Source: an uncultured Muribaculaceae bacterium (GTDB lineage Bacteria; Bacteroidota; Bacteroidia; Bacteroidales; Muribaculaceae). Taken from it: a stretch of DNA of 64,000 bases. The DNA lies in the NCBI GenBank assembly GCA_910586455.1, contig CAJUHX010000003.1, positions 1,190 to 65,189 of the forward strand. The letters are read 5' to 3'. Position 1 is the stretch's first letter; every line of letters begins with the position of its first letter. A program made the translations under genes and the position numbers. This document shows positions 7,887 to 17,751 of this stretch, piece by piece. A model generated the notes under the pieces. It saw nothing but the letters and a program-made list of their open reading frames with translations. It had not been told where the DNA came from and made no database searches.

Positions 7887-9995
7887 ATGTTAAAATACGC
7901 CCTCACGACTATAGCATTATTGCTTTCGGTCTGGACTATGTCGGTAGCCCAGCCAATAAAAGTGGACAGCTCTGTATTTCATGAACTGCAGCGCCGTCTG
8001 GCTGAAGCACCGAATTCGGCCGACAGCCTTGATATTGCAATTAATCTTTTTGACCTGAATTTCAACGAGCAGACCGGACGCTACGGCGAGATGGCCTATA
8101 GACTTGCTCTGGAGCATGGCGAGATGGCAAAGGCTATGAGCATGATTAAACAGCTGTCGTACATATACCAGAACGACCTGGAGAAGCTTGACGACCTGAC
8201 GCGCCGCGCCGAAACTCTGCCCAACAGCAACGACAAGAAAGAGCTGCTCACATACCTGTCGCTGCGAAAGAGTTACTACGAGGCCTACAGCCTGTCGTCA
8301 GGGAAGCGTAACGAGCGCATGAAAGAGCTGGCCAAAGTTTATCTGAACTCGCCCGCCGCAAACGATGACTATGAGAATATACACCGTCTGTTCGAGCTGT
8401 GCATATATCTGCACGCTATTTTCGAGCAGAGCGCCATGCTCAGCAATTATTACGACAAGCTGGGAATCTTGATTGAGCATCTGCCTGCGCACCAGACCTC
8501 GCTGCGAAACCTCTATTATTCCATGGCTTCGGTAAGCTATTCACGACAGTTCCTGCCGGAGAAGGCGGTAGATAACGACCTGCGCCTGCTCGAACACCTC
8601 AAGGAGCTGCGCAACATATATCTGCTGCAGGGGCGGCGCTATCGCACCCTCGACACGAACCTCTTTACTATCTATACCCGCATACTGTCGAATTACGAGG
8701 CTCTTACCCCCGACGAGGTACAGTCATATTACATGGCCATAAAGGAAATTGCCGACCGCAACAGCAAGATTGCCGATATTATGCAGCACTCCGAGAGGCC
8801 TCAGATTTACTATTTCATGGCCACCCGCCAGTACGACAAGGCGTTGCCACTGCTGAAAAAGCATATCGACGAACTGGCCAACCGCAAGAACGCCATTTAT
8901 TTCAACCGCGCCATGATGACTGCAGCCGATGCAATGGGCGACAACGAGGCTTATAAGAAGGCTGCATCTCTATATATGGAGTTGCTGGAGGAGTATATTC
9001 GCGACCGTACGGCCCACAACCTGGCCGAACTGGCCATTACATACGACCTCAACCAAGCAAAGTCGGATGCCGAAAAACTGCGCGACCAGCAGAAGGAGGC
9101 ATCGGCGCGCACTGACCGTACGCTGCTTGCCCTGGCGCTGGCCGCGGTGGTACTGCTGCTGATTCTTATGCTGGTGTTCATGTATCAGTGGCGCCGCAAG
9201 CGCAAGGCTTCGCTTGAACTCAAAGCTGCCGTGGACGAACTGAAACAGGAACGCGACAACCTGCAGCGCGTACAGTCCGACCTGATTATGGCCCGCGACC
9301 AGGCTAAGGCAGCCGACAGGCAGAAGGCCGACTTCATACACATGATAAGCCACCAGGTGAAGACTCCCCTGCAGGCCATTGCAGAGTACACAGGCCTGAT
9401 TGTGGACTGCATGGATGCCGAGAAGAAAAAATACCTGGGCCGTTTCGCCGAGGTGGTGCAGCTGAACACCGAACTGATAAATTCAATGATCAACGACATC
9501 ACCGAGGTATCGGCCCTGGAGGCCAACGAGGTGGAGGTGCGGATTCAGCCGGCAAGCCTGCACGACATCTGCGCCATGGCAGCGGACTCTATCAGGCCGA
9601 CCCTGAACGAGAAACAGAATATTGTACTCGAAACCGAGGAAGACTACACCATAGCCACCGACAGGAGGCGCCTGGAACAGATTGTGACCAACCTGCTTGA
9701 AAATGCGGTGAAGTTTTCCGACCATGGCACCATACGCGTGGCATATAAAGTTGACCAGGAGCGTAACCGCGTGGACATCAGCATCAGCGACCAGGGCATA
9801 GGCATACCGACGGCAAAGCAGGAGGTGATTTTCGACCGCTTTGTAAAGCTCGACAACAATATGCCCGGAATGGGCCTCGGCCTGTACGTGACCCGCCTGC
9901 TGACCCGCCTTATGGGCGGCGAAGTTCACGTCGACCGAGGCTACAAGGGCGGCGGAGCTCGCTTTGTGGTATCGCTCCGCGCCAAGAGCCTGTAA
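7887..9995 (+). CDS. Sensor histidine kinase with helical (TPR-like) periplasmic domain
   Basis: Signal peptide, TM helix, H-box SHQVKTPL, N-box NLLENAVKF, DQGIG and GMGLGL. Confidence 0.9.
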   Translation: MLKYALTTIALLLSVWTMSVAQPIKVDSSVFHELQRRLAEAPNSADSLDIAINLFDLNFNEQTGRYGEMAYRLALEHGEMAKAMSMIKQLSYIYQNDLEKLDDLTRRAETLPNSNDKKELLTYLSLRKSYYEAYSLSSGKRNERMKELAKVYLNSPAANDDYENIHRLFELCIYLHAIFEQSAMLSNYYDKLGILIEHLPAHQTSLRNLYYSMASVSYSRQFLPEKAVDNDLRLLEHLKELRNIYLLQGRRYRTLDTNLFTIYTRILSNYEALTPDEVQSYYMAIKEIADRNSKIADIMQHSERPQIYYFMATRQYDKALPLLKKHIDELANRKNAIYFNRAMMTAADAMGDNEAYKKAASLYMELLEEYIRDRTAHNLAELAITYDLNQAKSDAEKLRDQQKEASARTDRTLLALALAAVVLLLILMLVFMYQWRRKRKASLELKAAVDELKQERDNLQRVQSDLIMARDQAKAADRQKADFIHMISHQVKTPLQAIAEYTGLIVDCMDAEKKKYLGRFAEVVQLNTELINSMINDITEVSALEANEVEVRIQPASLHDICAMAADSIRPTLNEKQNIVLETEEDYTIATDRRRLEQIVTNLLENAVKFSDHGTIRVAYKVDQERNRVDISISDQGIGIPTAKQEVIFDRFVKLDNNMPGMGLGLYVTRLLTRLMGGEVHVDRGYKGGGARFVVSLRAKSL

Positions 9996-10010
9996 TCAAA
10001 TTCGAGGCTG

Positions 10011-10901
10011 TTAAAACAGTAGCATCAGGCCTGCCGACAGGCTTTTGAAGCGAGGCGACACATCGCCTGTAAGCACGTTCTGAGGCGAGTAGCGCACAAA
10101 AGCACTCACCGGATGCGTACCCACCACGCCAATAAAGTCGACAGTGACTTTGCGCTGTCCTACCCCGTGGAAGCATTCGCGCACTTTCTGGCCCGAGGTG
10201 TCGATCCAGCCGTTTTTTACCGAGGCATAAGTACTCACATTGAGTACAGCGCCTGCCGAAACCGACAGTTGGTTGCCAAGGATACTCACACCTGTCTTCT
10301 GCCGGTATATCAGCGGAAACTGCATTGCAAAGGTTTTTATGGCTGTGTTGCAGCCTGTGCTGCCTTCGGCCCATGGCTCAAAGCGCACGTTCATGTCGCC
10401 TGACACCATGCGGAGTCCGGCCACGGTACTGCGGTAGTTGCGCCATACAAAGCCCATACCCAACTGTACATCGGCATTCCATGGGATATTATATCGCACT
10501 CCGAGAGCATACAGCCAGTTGATTTCAAATGACTTGGCAGGTTCCAGCTGCATCTCGTCCGGAGCACCGGGAGCGCATACCATACCCAAGCCCAGACCGC
10601 CCATGAATATATCCCAGCGTGAGCCGCCGACTGAGGTGGCCGCAGTGATGTCCGATAGATGGAAGTTACGGCTCTGACGTGTGCGAACCATGGCATCGGG
10701 AGCGTATATCTGTGTATAATTTATGGACATGGCACTGTCGGCTGCGGTGCCGTTTATGATGTAGTTTACACCGCGGGGCGACTCGGTTATCACCACTTCG
10801 CGGACATCTGTCACTCTAATTATAGTATCGGGCTGAATTACGGAGGCCTTCACTCCGGCCGCGCAGAGAACAGTAATGGCGGCAAGTATATATTTTTTCA
10901 T
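10011..10901 (-). CDS. Outer membrane beta-barrel protein
   Basis: Signal peptide MKKYIL.., amphipathic strands, VRYSP motif, C-terminal Phe. Confidence 0.75.
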   Translation of the reverse strand: MKKYILAAITVLCAAGVKASVIQPDTIIRVTDVREVVITESPRGVNYIINGTAADSAMSINYTQIYAPDAMVRTRQSRNFHLSDITAATSVGGSRWDIFMGGLGLGMVCAPGAPDEMQLEPAKSFEINWLYALGVRYNIPWNADVQLGMGFVWRNYRSTVAGLRMVSGDMNVRFEPWAEGSTGCNTAIKTFAMQFPLIYRQKTGVSILGNQLSVSAGAVLNVSTYASVKNGWIDTSGQKVRECFHGVGQRKVTVDFIGVVGTHPVSAFVRYSPQNVLTGDVSPRFKSLSAGLMLLF

Positions 10902-10914
10902 ATAAATTATGCAA

Positions 10915-11814
10915 TCAGAAAACAAAAGTTACACCAGCTGATACAAAGTCGGTCTGAGGCCCAAGGCTGCTCTTGAACAGCGACACCGGGCTGTAGCGCA
11001 CATAAAGGCCTATGATTTCTTCCCATCCGAGTGCGAAGCGCAAATCCATGCCCACAGTACGCTGATGCAGGTGTTTAAGCGTCTGGCTGTATTTGAGCGA
11101 ACCGTCGGTACTGCGATAGTTGCGAGTGGCTCTGGCCGAAAAGTTCAGCAGCATTTCCACTCCAAGGTCGAGATAGAAGTCGTGGCTGAATTTCTGATGC
11201 AGTGTCAGGGGCACGCATACCGCCCAAAGGTCGAGGCGCGACGATGCTCTGTGACATCCTTGCGGCACCGCCTCGATAAACAATACGCCGCGGTTGTCGC
11301 TGCCGAATATATGATTGTCGTCGAGCTGCAGATTGCGGTAGAGCAAGCCCGCACCGAGTTCGAGGCCGGGCCCGCCGGCCCATGGCCGGAAACCTACGCC
11401 CAACAGCTTGCCTACGCCTATTTCCCAGCCTGTGCGGAAGCGGCCGTCGCCGTCCACCGGCACTACGGCGCCGGCAAATATATCAGCACCCAATATAGAG
11501 TAGAACATGCGGTGCCCCGGCTTTTGCACGGCATTTATAAAGGGCAGGTCGAGATTGATGCTGTCGCCGCTTATCAGGGGCTTGTCGGACCGGCTCACCT
11601 TACTGCTGTATCTGTATGTATAAGCGGGAATATGACCCGAGGCTTTTACTTCCACCCTGATTTCTGAGGCGGATTTGTCGGCTTCGGAAGTAAGAAGCAC
11701 CGACGAAATGTCGCGGAGTACAGTGATAGTGTCGACACGCTCCTGCGCCACGGCGGCGAGCGCCATCGGCAGCAGTACGGACAATGTGATAAATCGGATA
11801 AGTCGGTTATTCAT
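10915..11814 (-). CDS. Outer membrane beta-barrel protein, paralog of its neighbour
   Basis: Signal peptide; shares DT(I)..RD, QR.V..D and VRYSP motifs; C-terminal Phe. Confidence 0.75.
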   Translation of the reverse strand: MNNRLIRFITLSVLLPMALAAVAQERVDTITVLRDISSVLLTSEADKSASEIRVEVKASGHIPAYTYRYSSKVSRSDKPLISGDSINLDLPFINAVQKPGHRMFYSILGADIFAGAVVPVDGDGRFRTGWEIGVGKLLGVGFRPWAGGPGLELGAGLLYRNLQLDDNHIFGSDNRGVLFIEAVPQGCHRASSRLDLWAVCVPLTLHQKFSHDFYLDLGVEMLLNFSARATRNYRSTDGSLKYSQTLKHLHQRTVGMDLRFALGWEEIIGLYVRYSPVSLFKSSLGPQTDFVSAGVTFVF

Positions 11815-11829
11815 TGCAGTTGGTTTGGA

Positions 11830-12252
11830 TTACTTGAAGAAGGAATTGATTACATCGGGCTTGGCTTTGCCCTCGAGATATATCAGCACTATAGGCGAGC
11901 CTCCGCTGTAAAGTATGTAGCGGTTGAGGCCGTTGGAGTCTGTCCCGAGGTTGTAGAAGGCATAGTGCAGACGACCGTCCTTGTAGTGTACCTCGCGGTC
12001 GACGGCGCGGCGTGCGTCTTTGGCCAGGGCGTCCTCAACCTGTTTTGCCAGTGCTGGGTCGTTGGCAACGGTAAGGCTGTTGAAAAGGCTGAGCTTATAT
12101 TCCTTTAGCGCGCGTCCCTGCACACAGGTGACCGACGCATTTGGATTGCCGCGCAGCGAGGTGAACAGCTTGCCCACATGCAACCCGCTCTGGGCCATGG
12201 CAGCCACAGCCACACACATGGTGAGTGTCAGTAGAGTTAGAAGGCGTTTCAT
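11830..12252 (-). CDS. Secreted DUF6108-like protein
   Basis: Signal peptide; AQSGLHV..F and LIYLEGK motifs; lies in an ECF operon. Confidence 0.6.
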   Translation of the reverse strand: MKRLLTLLTLTMCVAVAAMAQSGLHVGKLFTSLRGNPNASVTCVQGRALKEYKLSLFNSLTVANDPALAKQVEDALAKDARRAVDREVHYKDGRLHYAFYNLGTDSNGLNRYILYSGGSPIVLIYLEGKAKPDVINSFFK

Positions 12253-12698
12253 CTTTCTGAAATTTTAAGGAGTGTTATTGAGTTTTCCAGGTCGCGGCTC
12301 ACCTCGTCGGCTACAGCCGACATGTCGGCAAGCTGCGCCTGCATTATACCCAGCACCTCGTCGGGGTCCTGCACCAGTTCGGTACCCACGTAGGCAATAC
12401 AGTCGGGCTGTGGCGCTGTCGGCGTGCCTGTGCCGCTGAAATAGCCTGCAATGGCACTTGTAATCAGAACTACGGCAGCTGCCGCCACGTGCTGCATCTG
12501 CAAGCCCCTGCGCCGGACGGTGTTATGGCTGCGCAGTATTGCGCTGACGCCAAGCACCGCACGGGCCTCATCTGCTTCGGGGCTCCGGAACCGGCCATCG
12601 GCGAGCATTGAGCGCAGCTGTCGCTCCTGCTCGAGTGTGGTCATACCCTCGAAGTATAATTCTATGAGTTGCTTGAGTATTTTTTCGTTATTGTCCAT
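12249..12698 (-). CDS. Putative anti-sigma factor
   Basis: LIELYFEGMTTLEQERQL motif plus a single TM helix, directly after an ECF sigma gene. Confidence 0.75.
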   Translation of the reverse strand: MDNNEKILKQLIELYFEGMTTLEQERQLRSMLADGRFRSPEADEARAVLGVSAILRSHNTVRRRGLQMQHVAAAAVVLITSAIAGYFSGTGTPTAPQPDCIAYVGTELVQDPDEVLGIMQAQLADMSAVADEVSRDLENSITLLKISER

Positions 12699-13185
12699 AT
12701 CGTGCACGGTATATGTTTCGGATAGTTTTTCGGGCTCGGCTCAGAGCCACTCTCACGGCGGTTTCGCTCATGCCGAACTCGGCGGCAATCTCATCGAAGT
12801 CATAGCCGTTGCGGTCGCGCATCACAAGAATCTCGCGGTCGCGGCTGCTGAGTTCCGAGGCAATAAGAGCATTGACAGTATTGAGCAGCTGCTGCCGTTC
12901 GGCACTGTCGTCGCCGTCGGTGGCGGCGATTGCATCGGACAATTCTGCTTCGGATCTGGCCGAGCGTCGGCGCAACTCGTCGATGCATATATTTCTCACT
13001 GCGGTAACGGCGGCACCTTCGACATGCTTTTCGCCCTTGAACGAAGACCGCTGCTTCCACAGCCGCTCGAAGGCATCCTGCAGCACATCGTCGGCCTCTT
13101 GGTCGGAGTGCAGCATCCGGGCGGCTCCGCTGTGAAGCCGCATGCGCAATCGCCCGAATACTGCTGTGAGAATATCATTCATCAT
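12688..13185 (-). CDS. ECF RNA polymerase sigma factor
   Basis: EADDVLQDAFERLW (region 2); EIAAEFGMSETAVRVALSRAR (region 4). Confidence 0.92.
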   Translation of the reverse strand: MMNDILTAVFGRLRMRLHSGAARMLHSDQEADDVLQDAFERLWKQRSSFKGEKHVEGAAVTAVRNICIDELRRRSARSEAELSDAIAATDGDDSAERQQLLNTVNALIASELSSRDREILVMRDRNGYDFDEIAAEFGMSETAVRVALSRARKTIRNIYRARYGQ

Positions 13186-13206
13186 TTATACTGTTTCTGC
13201 CTTATA

Positions 13207-13232
13207 TACGGAGAGCTATGCGGATTGTTACA
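13207..13232 (-). promoter_or_regulatory. ECF-type promoter TGTAAC-N16-CGTA (probable autoregulation)
   Basis: Exact 16-nt spacer, upstream of the ECF sigma gene. Confidence 0.6.
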
Positions 13233-13354
13233 GCAAAATTAAAAAAAATAATGTAACTATATTTCATTGGAGGTAACGTCCTTCTGCTCAATTTTGCAAA
13301 TTCGCTGATTTTTTGTAATTTTGCAGCGAAAATCAAATATTGTTTAGAAAAAAG

Positions 13355-14356
13355 ATGAATATAGCAATTGTGGGGGCCAGCGGAGCCGTTGGCCAGGAAC
13401 TACTCAAAGTGCTCGACCGACAGGACTTTCCTGTAAGCAGTTTGCGTCTGTTCGGCTCAAATCGCAGCGCCGGGCGTAAGTACTCGTACCGCGGCAGCGA
13501 TATCGAAGTGGAACTTCTTGGAGCTGACCGCAATGCCTTCCGTGGCATCGACGTGGCTTTTGTATCGGCAGGCGCGTCGACTTCGCGCGAATACGCCGAC
13601 ATGATTACGGCCCACGGAACCGTAATGATCGATAACTCAAGCGCCTTCCGCATGGACAGAGATGTGCCTCTGGTTGTACCCGAGGTGAATCCGCAGGATG
13701 CTTTCAACGCTCCACGCAACATTATCGCCAACCCCAACTGCACCACCATACAAATGGTTGTGGCGCTCAACCCCATACACCGTTTATCGCCTGTCAGACG
13801 GGTGCATGTGGCTACTTATCAGGCCGCGAGCGGTGCCGGAGCGGCTGCTATGGACGAGCTGGTGCAGCAGCATCGCGATCTGGCCGCCGGCCGCGAGGCT
13901 GTAGTGGAGCGCTTTGCCCACCAGCTGGCATATAACGTGATTCCGCACATAGACATATTCGGCCAGGACGACTACACCAAAGAGGAGCTGAAAATGCACT
14001 TCGAAACAAAAAAAATAATGCATGCCCCCGAACTGGAGGTAAGCGCCACCTGTGTGCGGGTGCCGGTGATGCGTGCCCACAGCGAGGCTATATGGGTAAG
14101 CACCGAACGCCATGTAAGCGTCGACGAGGCTCGCGAGGCCTTCGCTGCCGCCCCGGGTGTGGTGCTGGCCGACGATATTGCAAACAATGTGTACCCCATG
14201 CCGCTGGAACTGGCCGGCTGCGACCCTGTGTACGTAGGACGCATACGGCGCGACCTTGCCGACCCCAACGGACTGAATTTCTGGTGCGTAAGCGACCAAA
14301 TCCGTAAAGGCGCGGCTCTGAATGCCGTACAGATTGCCCGGCTCCTGAACAAGTAA
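13355..14356 (+). CDS. asd: Aspartate-semialdehyde dehydrogenase
   Basis: [22 protein letters not shown] and QAASGAG motifs. Confidence 0.97.
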   Translation: MNIAIVGASGAVGQELLKVLDRQDFPVSSLRLFGSNRSAGRKYSYRGSDIEVELLGADRNAFRGIDVAFVSAGASTSREYADMITAHGTVMIDNSSAFRMDRDVPLVVPEVNPQDAFNAPRNIIANPNCTTIQMVVALNPIHRLSPVRRVHVATYQAASGAGAAAMDELVQQHRDLAAGREAVVERFAHQLAYNVIPHIDIFGQDDYTKEELKMHFETKKIMHAPELEVSATCVRVPVMRAHSEAIWVSTERHVSVDEAREAFAAAPGVVLADDIANNVYPMPLELAGCDPVYVGRIRRDLADPNGLNFWCVSDQIRKGAALNAVQIARLLNK

Positions 14357-14388
14357 TCACACCGCACTCCCCTTAAAACCTTATTGAT

Positions 14389-16548
14389 TTGATACCTCTC
14401 GCCACAGCCATCGTTACACAACCGGTGCCTATTTTCTTTATAGTGCTGGTCATAATATTATGTGCGCCACTGCTGCTGAACAAGCTGAAAATACCGCACA
14501 TCATAGGCATGATTGTGGCCGGAGTGGTCATCGGGCCGTACGGCTTCAATGTACTCGACAACGACTCGTCGTTTGCCATCTTCGGTCAGGTAGGACTGCT
14601 GTACCTGATGTTCCTGGCCGGACTGGAAATCGACATGTACCATCTGAAACTGAACCTGCGGCGCGGGCTGCTCTTCGGACTGCTCACGCTGCTGGTACCG
14701 CTGGGACTCGGCATAGTCACCAGCTATTGTCTGTTGCATCTCGACCTTCTCACTTCCATGCTTCTGGGCGCCATGTATGCCTCGCATACCCTCATAGCCT
14801 ACCCTGTGGCGGCGCGCTTCGGCATCACCAAGGCCCCGGAGGTACTCATTGCAATCGTAGGCACCATCATAGCCGTAATCGGCGCCCTGCTGGTGCTTGC
14901 CGCCACGGTGAACATCAACCGCGAGGGGGCATTCTACCCCTCCGAGATACTGCTGCTGTTAGGGCGCCTGGCGCTATGGTGTCTGGCGATACTCTATACC
15001 TACCCGCGCCTTACGCGAATCTTCTTCAAGAAGTACCCCGACAAGGTAATGCAGTATGTCTATATCATGGCCATGGTGTTCCTGGCCTCCTGGACGGCGC
15101 AGCTCATAGGCCTCGAAGCCGTGCTCGGCGCCTTCTTCGCCGGCCTGGTCCTTAACCGCTATGTACCGGCGGCATCGCCGCTTATGAGCAGTATAGAATT
15201 TGTAGGTAACGCCCTGTTCATACCCTACTTTCTTATAAGTGTGGGCATGATGATAAACATACGCGTGATTGCCGACAGCAGCACTTTGGCCGTGGCTGGA
15301 ATAATGCTGGCAGTGGCGCTTGTATCGAAATGGCTGCCTGCCTATATAGTACAGCGCATCAACGGCTTTACGTCAGCCGGACGCAATGTGATGTTCGGCC
15401 TCACCACTGCCCACACGGCGGTGGCTCTGGCTGTTGTAACCCTCGGCTTTAACCTGCACATGTTCGACAGCCGCATCCTCAACAGCACCGTGCTGGTGAT
15501 ACTGGTGACCTGCGCCCTGGCTCCGGTGCTTACCTCGGCATCTGCGCCGAAGCTGAAAATAGCCATGCTGGAGAAAGAAGACGACGCCGACTCGATTCTG
15601 CGCCGAAACCGCCATAACAACACCCTCATACCTGTGGCCAACCCAATTACTGCCCAAGCGCTGGTGGAGATGGCACTGCTGATGCAGAACACCAGAGGAC
15701 GGCACGACATATACGCCCTGCATGTGCGCAGCGACAACTCGCAGGCGTCCAAGGCCATATCCGAAAACTCCCTTGCCGAGGCCCGAAAGGCCGGCGCTGC
15801 CGTGGATGTCGATATCCACACGCTGGAACGCTACGACCTTAATATCGTCACGGGCATACTCAACGCCATAGAGGAACGCGAAATTACCGAGGTGATTCTG
15901 GGCATGCACCGCCGAGTGTCGGTCATCGACTCGTTTTTCGGCAACAAGATGGAGCAACTGCTTCGCGCCACCAACCGCATGATTATCATCACCCGCTGCT
16001 TTATTCCGGCCAATACCCTCACCCGCATAGTGGTGTGGGTGCCCAAGGACGCGCAGTACGAATCCGGCTTCAGCCGCTGGGTTCGCGCTCTGGCGCGCCT
16101 GACACGTCAGGTGGGCTGTCGCATTATATTCTGCTGCAACGGCGACATACAACCGCTTATACGCGGTGTGCTGTATCAGGAGAACTATGGCATACGCTGC
16201 GAGTTCCGCACTGTAGAGGATTGGGATGACTTCATTCTGCTGGGCAACCGCGTACTCGACGATGATTTGTTCGTACTCATCGGCGCACGCGCCAACTCGG
16301 TATCGTATTCGGCGGATATGGCTGAACTGCCTTCGTTCCTGCAGAAGTATTTTTCGCGCAACAATCTTATGGTAATCTACCCCGAGCAATTCGGCGCCGA
16401 GGTTGCCCTGACCTCGTTTACCGACCCGCTTTCGAGCGACATCAGTTCAACGGCCTCTCCGCTATGGATGCGCCTGAGGTCAAGATGGCGCAAGCTGGTT
16501 AACGCCAAACGCCGTTTTACCCACCGCAACCGCAAACCCAAGTATTGA
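14389..16548 (+). CDS. Cation:proton antiporter (CPA2) with C-terminal USP-like domains
   Basis: Many TM helices, GLLYLMFLAGLE and LGAFFAGL motifs; LIPVANP USP-like start. Confidence 0.88.
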   Translation: MIPLATAIVTQPVPIFFIVLVIILCAPLLLNKLKIPHIIGMIVAGVVIGPYGFNVLDNDSSFAIFGQVGLLYLMFLAGLEIDMYHLKLNLRRGLLFGLLTLLVPLGLGIVTSYCLLHLDLLTSMLLGAMYASHTLIAYPVAARFGITKAPEVLIAIVGTIIAVIGALLVLAATVNINREGAFYPSEILLLLGRLALWCLAILYTYPRLTRIFFKKYPDKVMQYVYIMAMVFLASWTAQLIGLEAVLGAFFAGLVLNRYVPAASPLMSSIEFVGNALFIPYFLISVGMMINIRVIADSSTLAVAGIMLAVALVSKWLPAYIVQRINGFTSAGRNVMFGLTTAHTAVALAVVTLGFNLHMFDSRILNSTVLVILVTCALAPVLTSASAPKLKIAMLEKEDDADSILRRNRHNNTLIPVANPITAQALVEMALLMQNTRGRHDIYALHVRSDNSQASKAISENSLAEARKAGAAVDVDIHTLERYDLNIVTGILNAIEEREITEVILGMHRRVSVIDSFFGNKMEQLLRATNRMIIITRCFIPANTLTRIVVWVPKDAQYESGFSRWVRALARLTRQVGCRIIFCCNGDIQPLIRGVLYQENYGIRCEFRTVEDWDDFILLGNRVLDDDLFVLIGARANSVSYSADMAELPSFLQKYFSRNNLMVIYPEQFGAEVALTSFTDPLSSDISSTASPLWMRLRSRWRKLVNAKRRFTHRNRKPKY

Positions 16549-16638
16549 TTACGGTTGCGCCGGCGGCCCGCCGTCGTTCATCAGGCTCTTAATTACCTTT
16601 GTGTGCGAGTGACGTCGGGAAGACGTCACAACACAACA

Positions 16639-16683
16639 GAGAACATAAAAGGCCGCTCTGTGAAGGCGGCCTTCCATGTTCTC
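16639..16683. terminator. Hairpin terminator between convergent genes
   Basis: GAGAACAT..AAGGCCGC-tctgtgaag-GCGGCCTT..ATGTTCTC; T-run on the minus strand. Confidence 0.7.
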
Positions 16684-16758
16684 GGGAGGGAGGAGAATGT
16701 GATTAAGAAAATGAAGTTAGTAGAGATTGTTTATGAAGCGGTAGTAGTTGGCTCAGCC

Positions 16759-17232
16759 TTATTCCTGTGCCGCAGCAGGCATCCTTTTGTTGCGGTGAAA
16801 CCTGTTGAGATTTCTTATAATCTGTATTTCGGCGTGTTTAAGGCGTGCCAATTGTTTCGGGTTCAGTATTTGTTTGAATTTGTCGTAATAGTCCAGTTCG
16901 ACTTCGCCTTCGAGTTTTTTCTGCTCGAACAGTCGCTGTGAGTATGCTTCGAGGGCAACATCGCTGAGCTTTGTGTCGGCATCCACTTTGTGGCAGATAT
17001 CGCGGAATTCGTCGTTGAGGGCCTCAAGCCGGTCGTTCATCTCGTCGTACAATGCAAAGAAGCGGGTCTGCTGGTCGGCCGAAAGTTCCAGGTCATTGGC
17101 GAGGAATTTGTGGCGGTATTCGATAAGTTGCTCACGTCCGCGCTGCTGACGTCGTTCGCTGCCTGACTTCTGGGCATTGGCGCAAAGTGCCACAGCCATG
17201 AGCAGTATAATTAATAATTGGCGTATATTCAT
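16759..17232 (-). CDS. Periplasmic Spy/CpxP-like helical protein
   Basis: Signal peptide; LELSADQQTRFFALY and ILNPKQ motifs. Confidence 0.65.
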   Translation of the reverse strand: MNIRQLLIILLMAVALCANAQKSGSERRQQRGREQLIEYRHKFLANDLELSADQQTRFFALYDEMNDRLEALNDEFRDICHKVDADTKLSDVALEAYSQRLFEQKKLEGEVELDYYDKFKQILNPKQLARLKHAEIQIIRNLNRFHRNKRMPAAAQE

Positions 17233-17235
17233 AAA

Positions 17236-17700
17236 TTACTGGAAGTTTTCGGGGAGGTTATGAATACTCTCGCTGTCGATATCATTGTCGTCGGGCATGG
17301 GCAGACTGTCGAGGTCGACATCGACGTCGGAGAGTTCGTCAATCAAATCCCACTGGTTCAGTTCGTCAGCCACATATTCTTTCATGAACTGCTCGTCGCC
17401 CAGAGCGTCGGCCAGCTCGGGATAGCTTTCGATTGACAGAGGGTCGGCAGGCGAGCTCATGAGGCTGAACATTTTAAGCATACACCATACACCGGCGAAC
17501 ATTGCGGCCATATATGTATAGGGCCGAATTTTCTGCCAGAATGTACGCGGCATGGCTACGACTGCGCCGTCCGATTCTATTTCGGGGCGTTCAGGCAGCG
17601 ATGCTGTCATGCGAGCAGCGAAGTCGGCGAAGTAGCCCTCGGGCACGTCAATGCCGTCGTTGCCTTTGATTTTGCCTAATATATCGTTGGATTCTTTCAT
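17236..17700 (-). CDS. Putative anti-sigma factor
   Basis: VPEGYF motif plus TM 'YMAAMFAG'; follows an ECF sigma gene. Confidence 0.7.
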   Translation of the reverse strand: MKESNDILGKIKGNDGIDVPEGYFADFAARMTASLPERPEIESDGAVVAMPRTFWQKIRPYTYMAAMFAGVWCMLKMFSLMSSPADPLSIESYPELADALGDEQFMKEYVADELNQWDLIDELSDVDVDLDSLPMPDDNDIDSESIHNLPENFQ

Positions 17701-17723
17701 GACTTTTGCTTGTTGTTTATATT

Positions 17724-17751
17724 TTTGACTCAAGCGGTTCTAAAAGGTTTA
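17724..17751 (-). promoter_or_regulatory. ECF-type promoter TAAACC-N16-GTCAAA overlapping the sigma stop codon
   Basis: Exact 16-nt spacer; RpoE-like -35/-10 elements. Confidence 0.55.
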
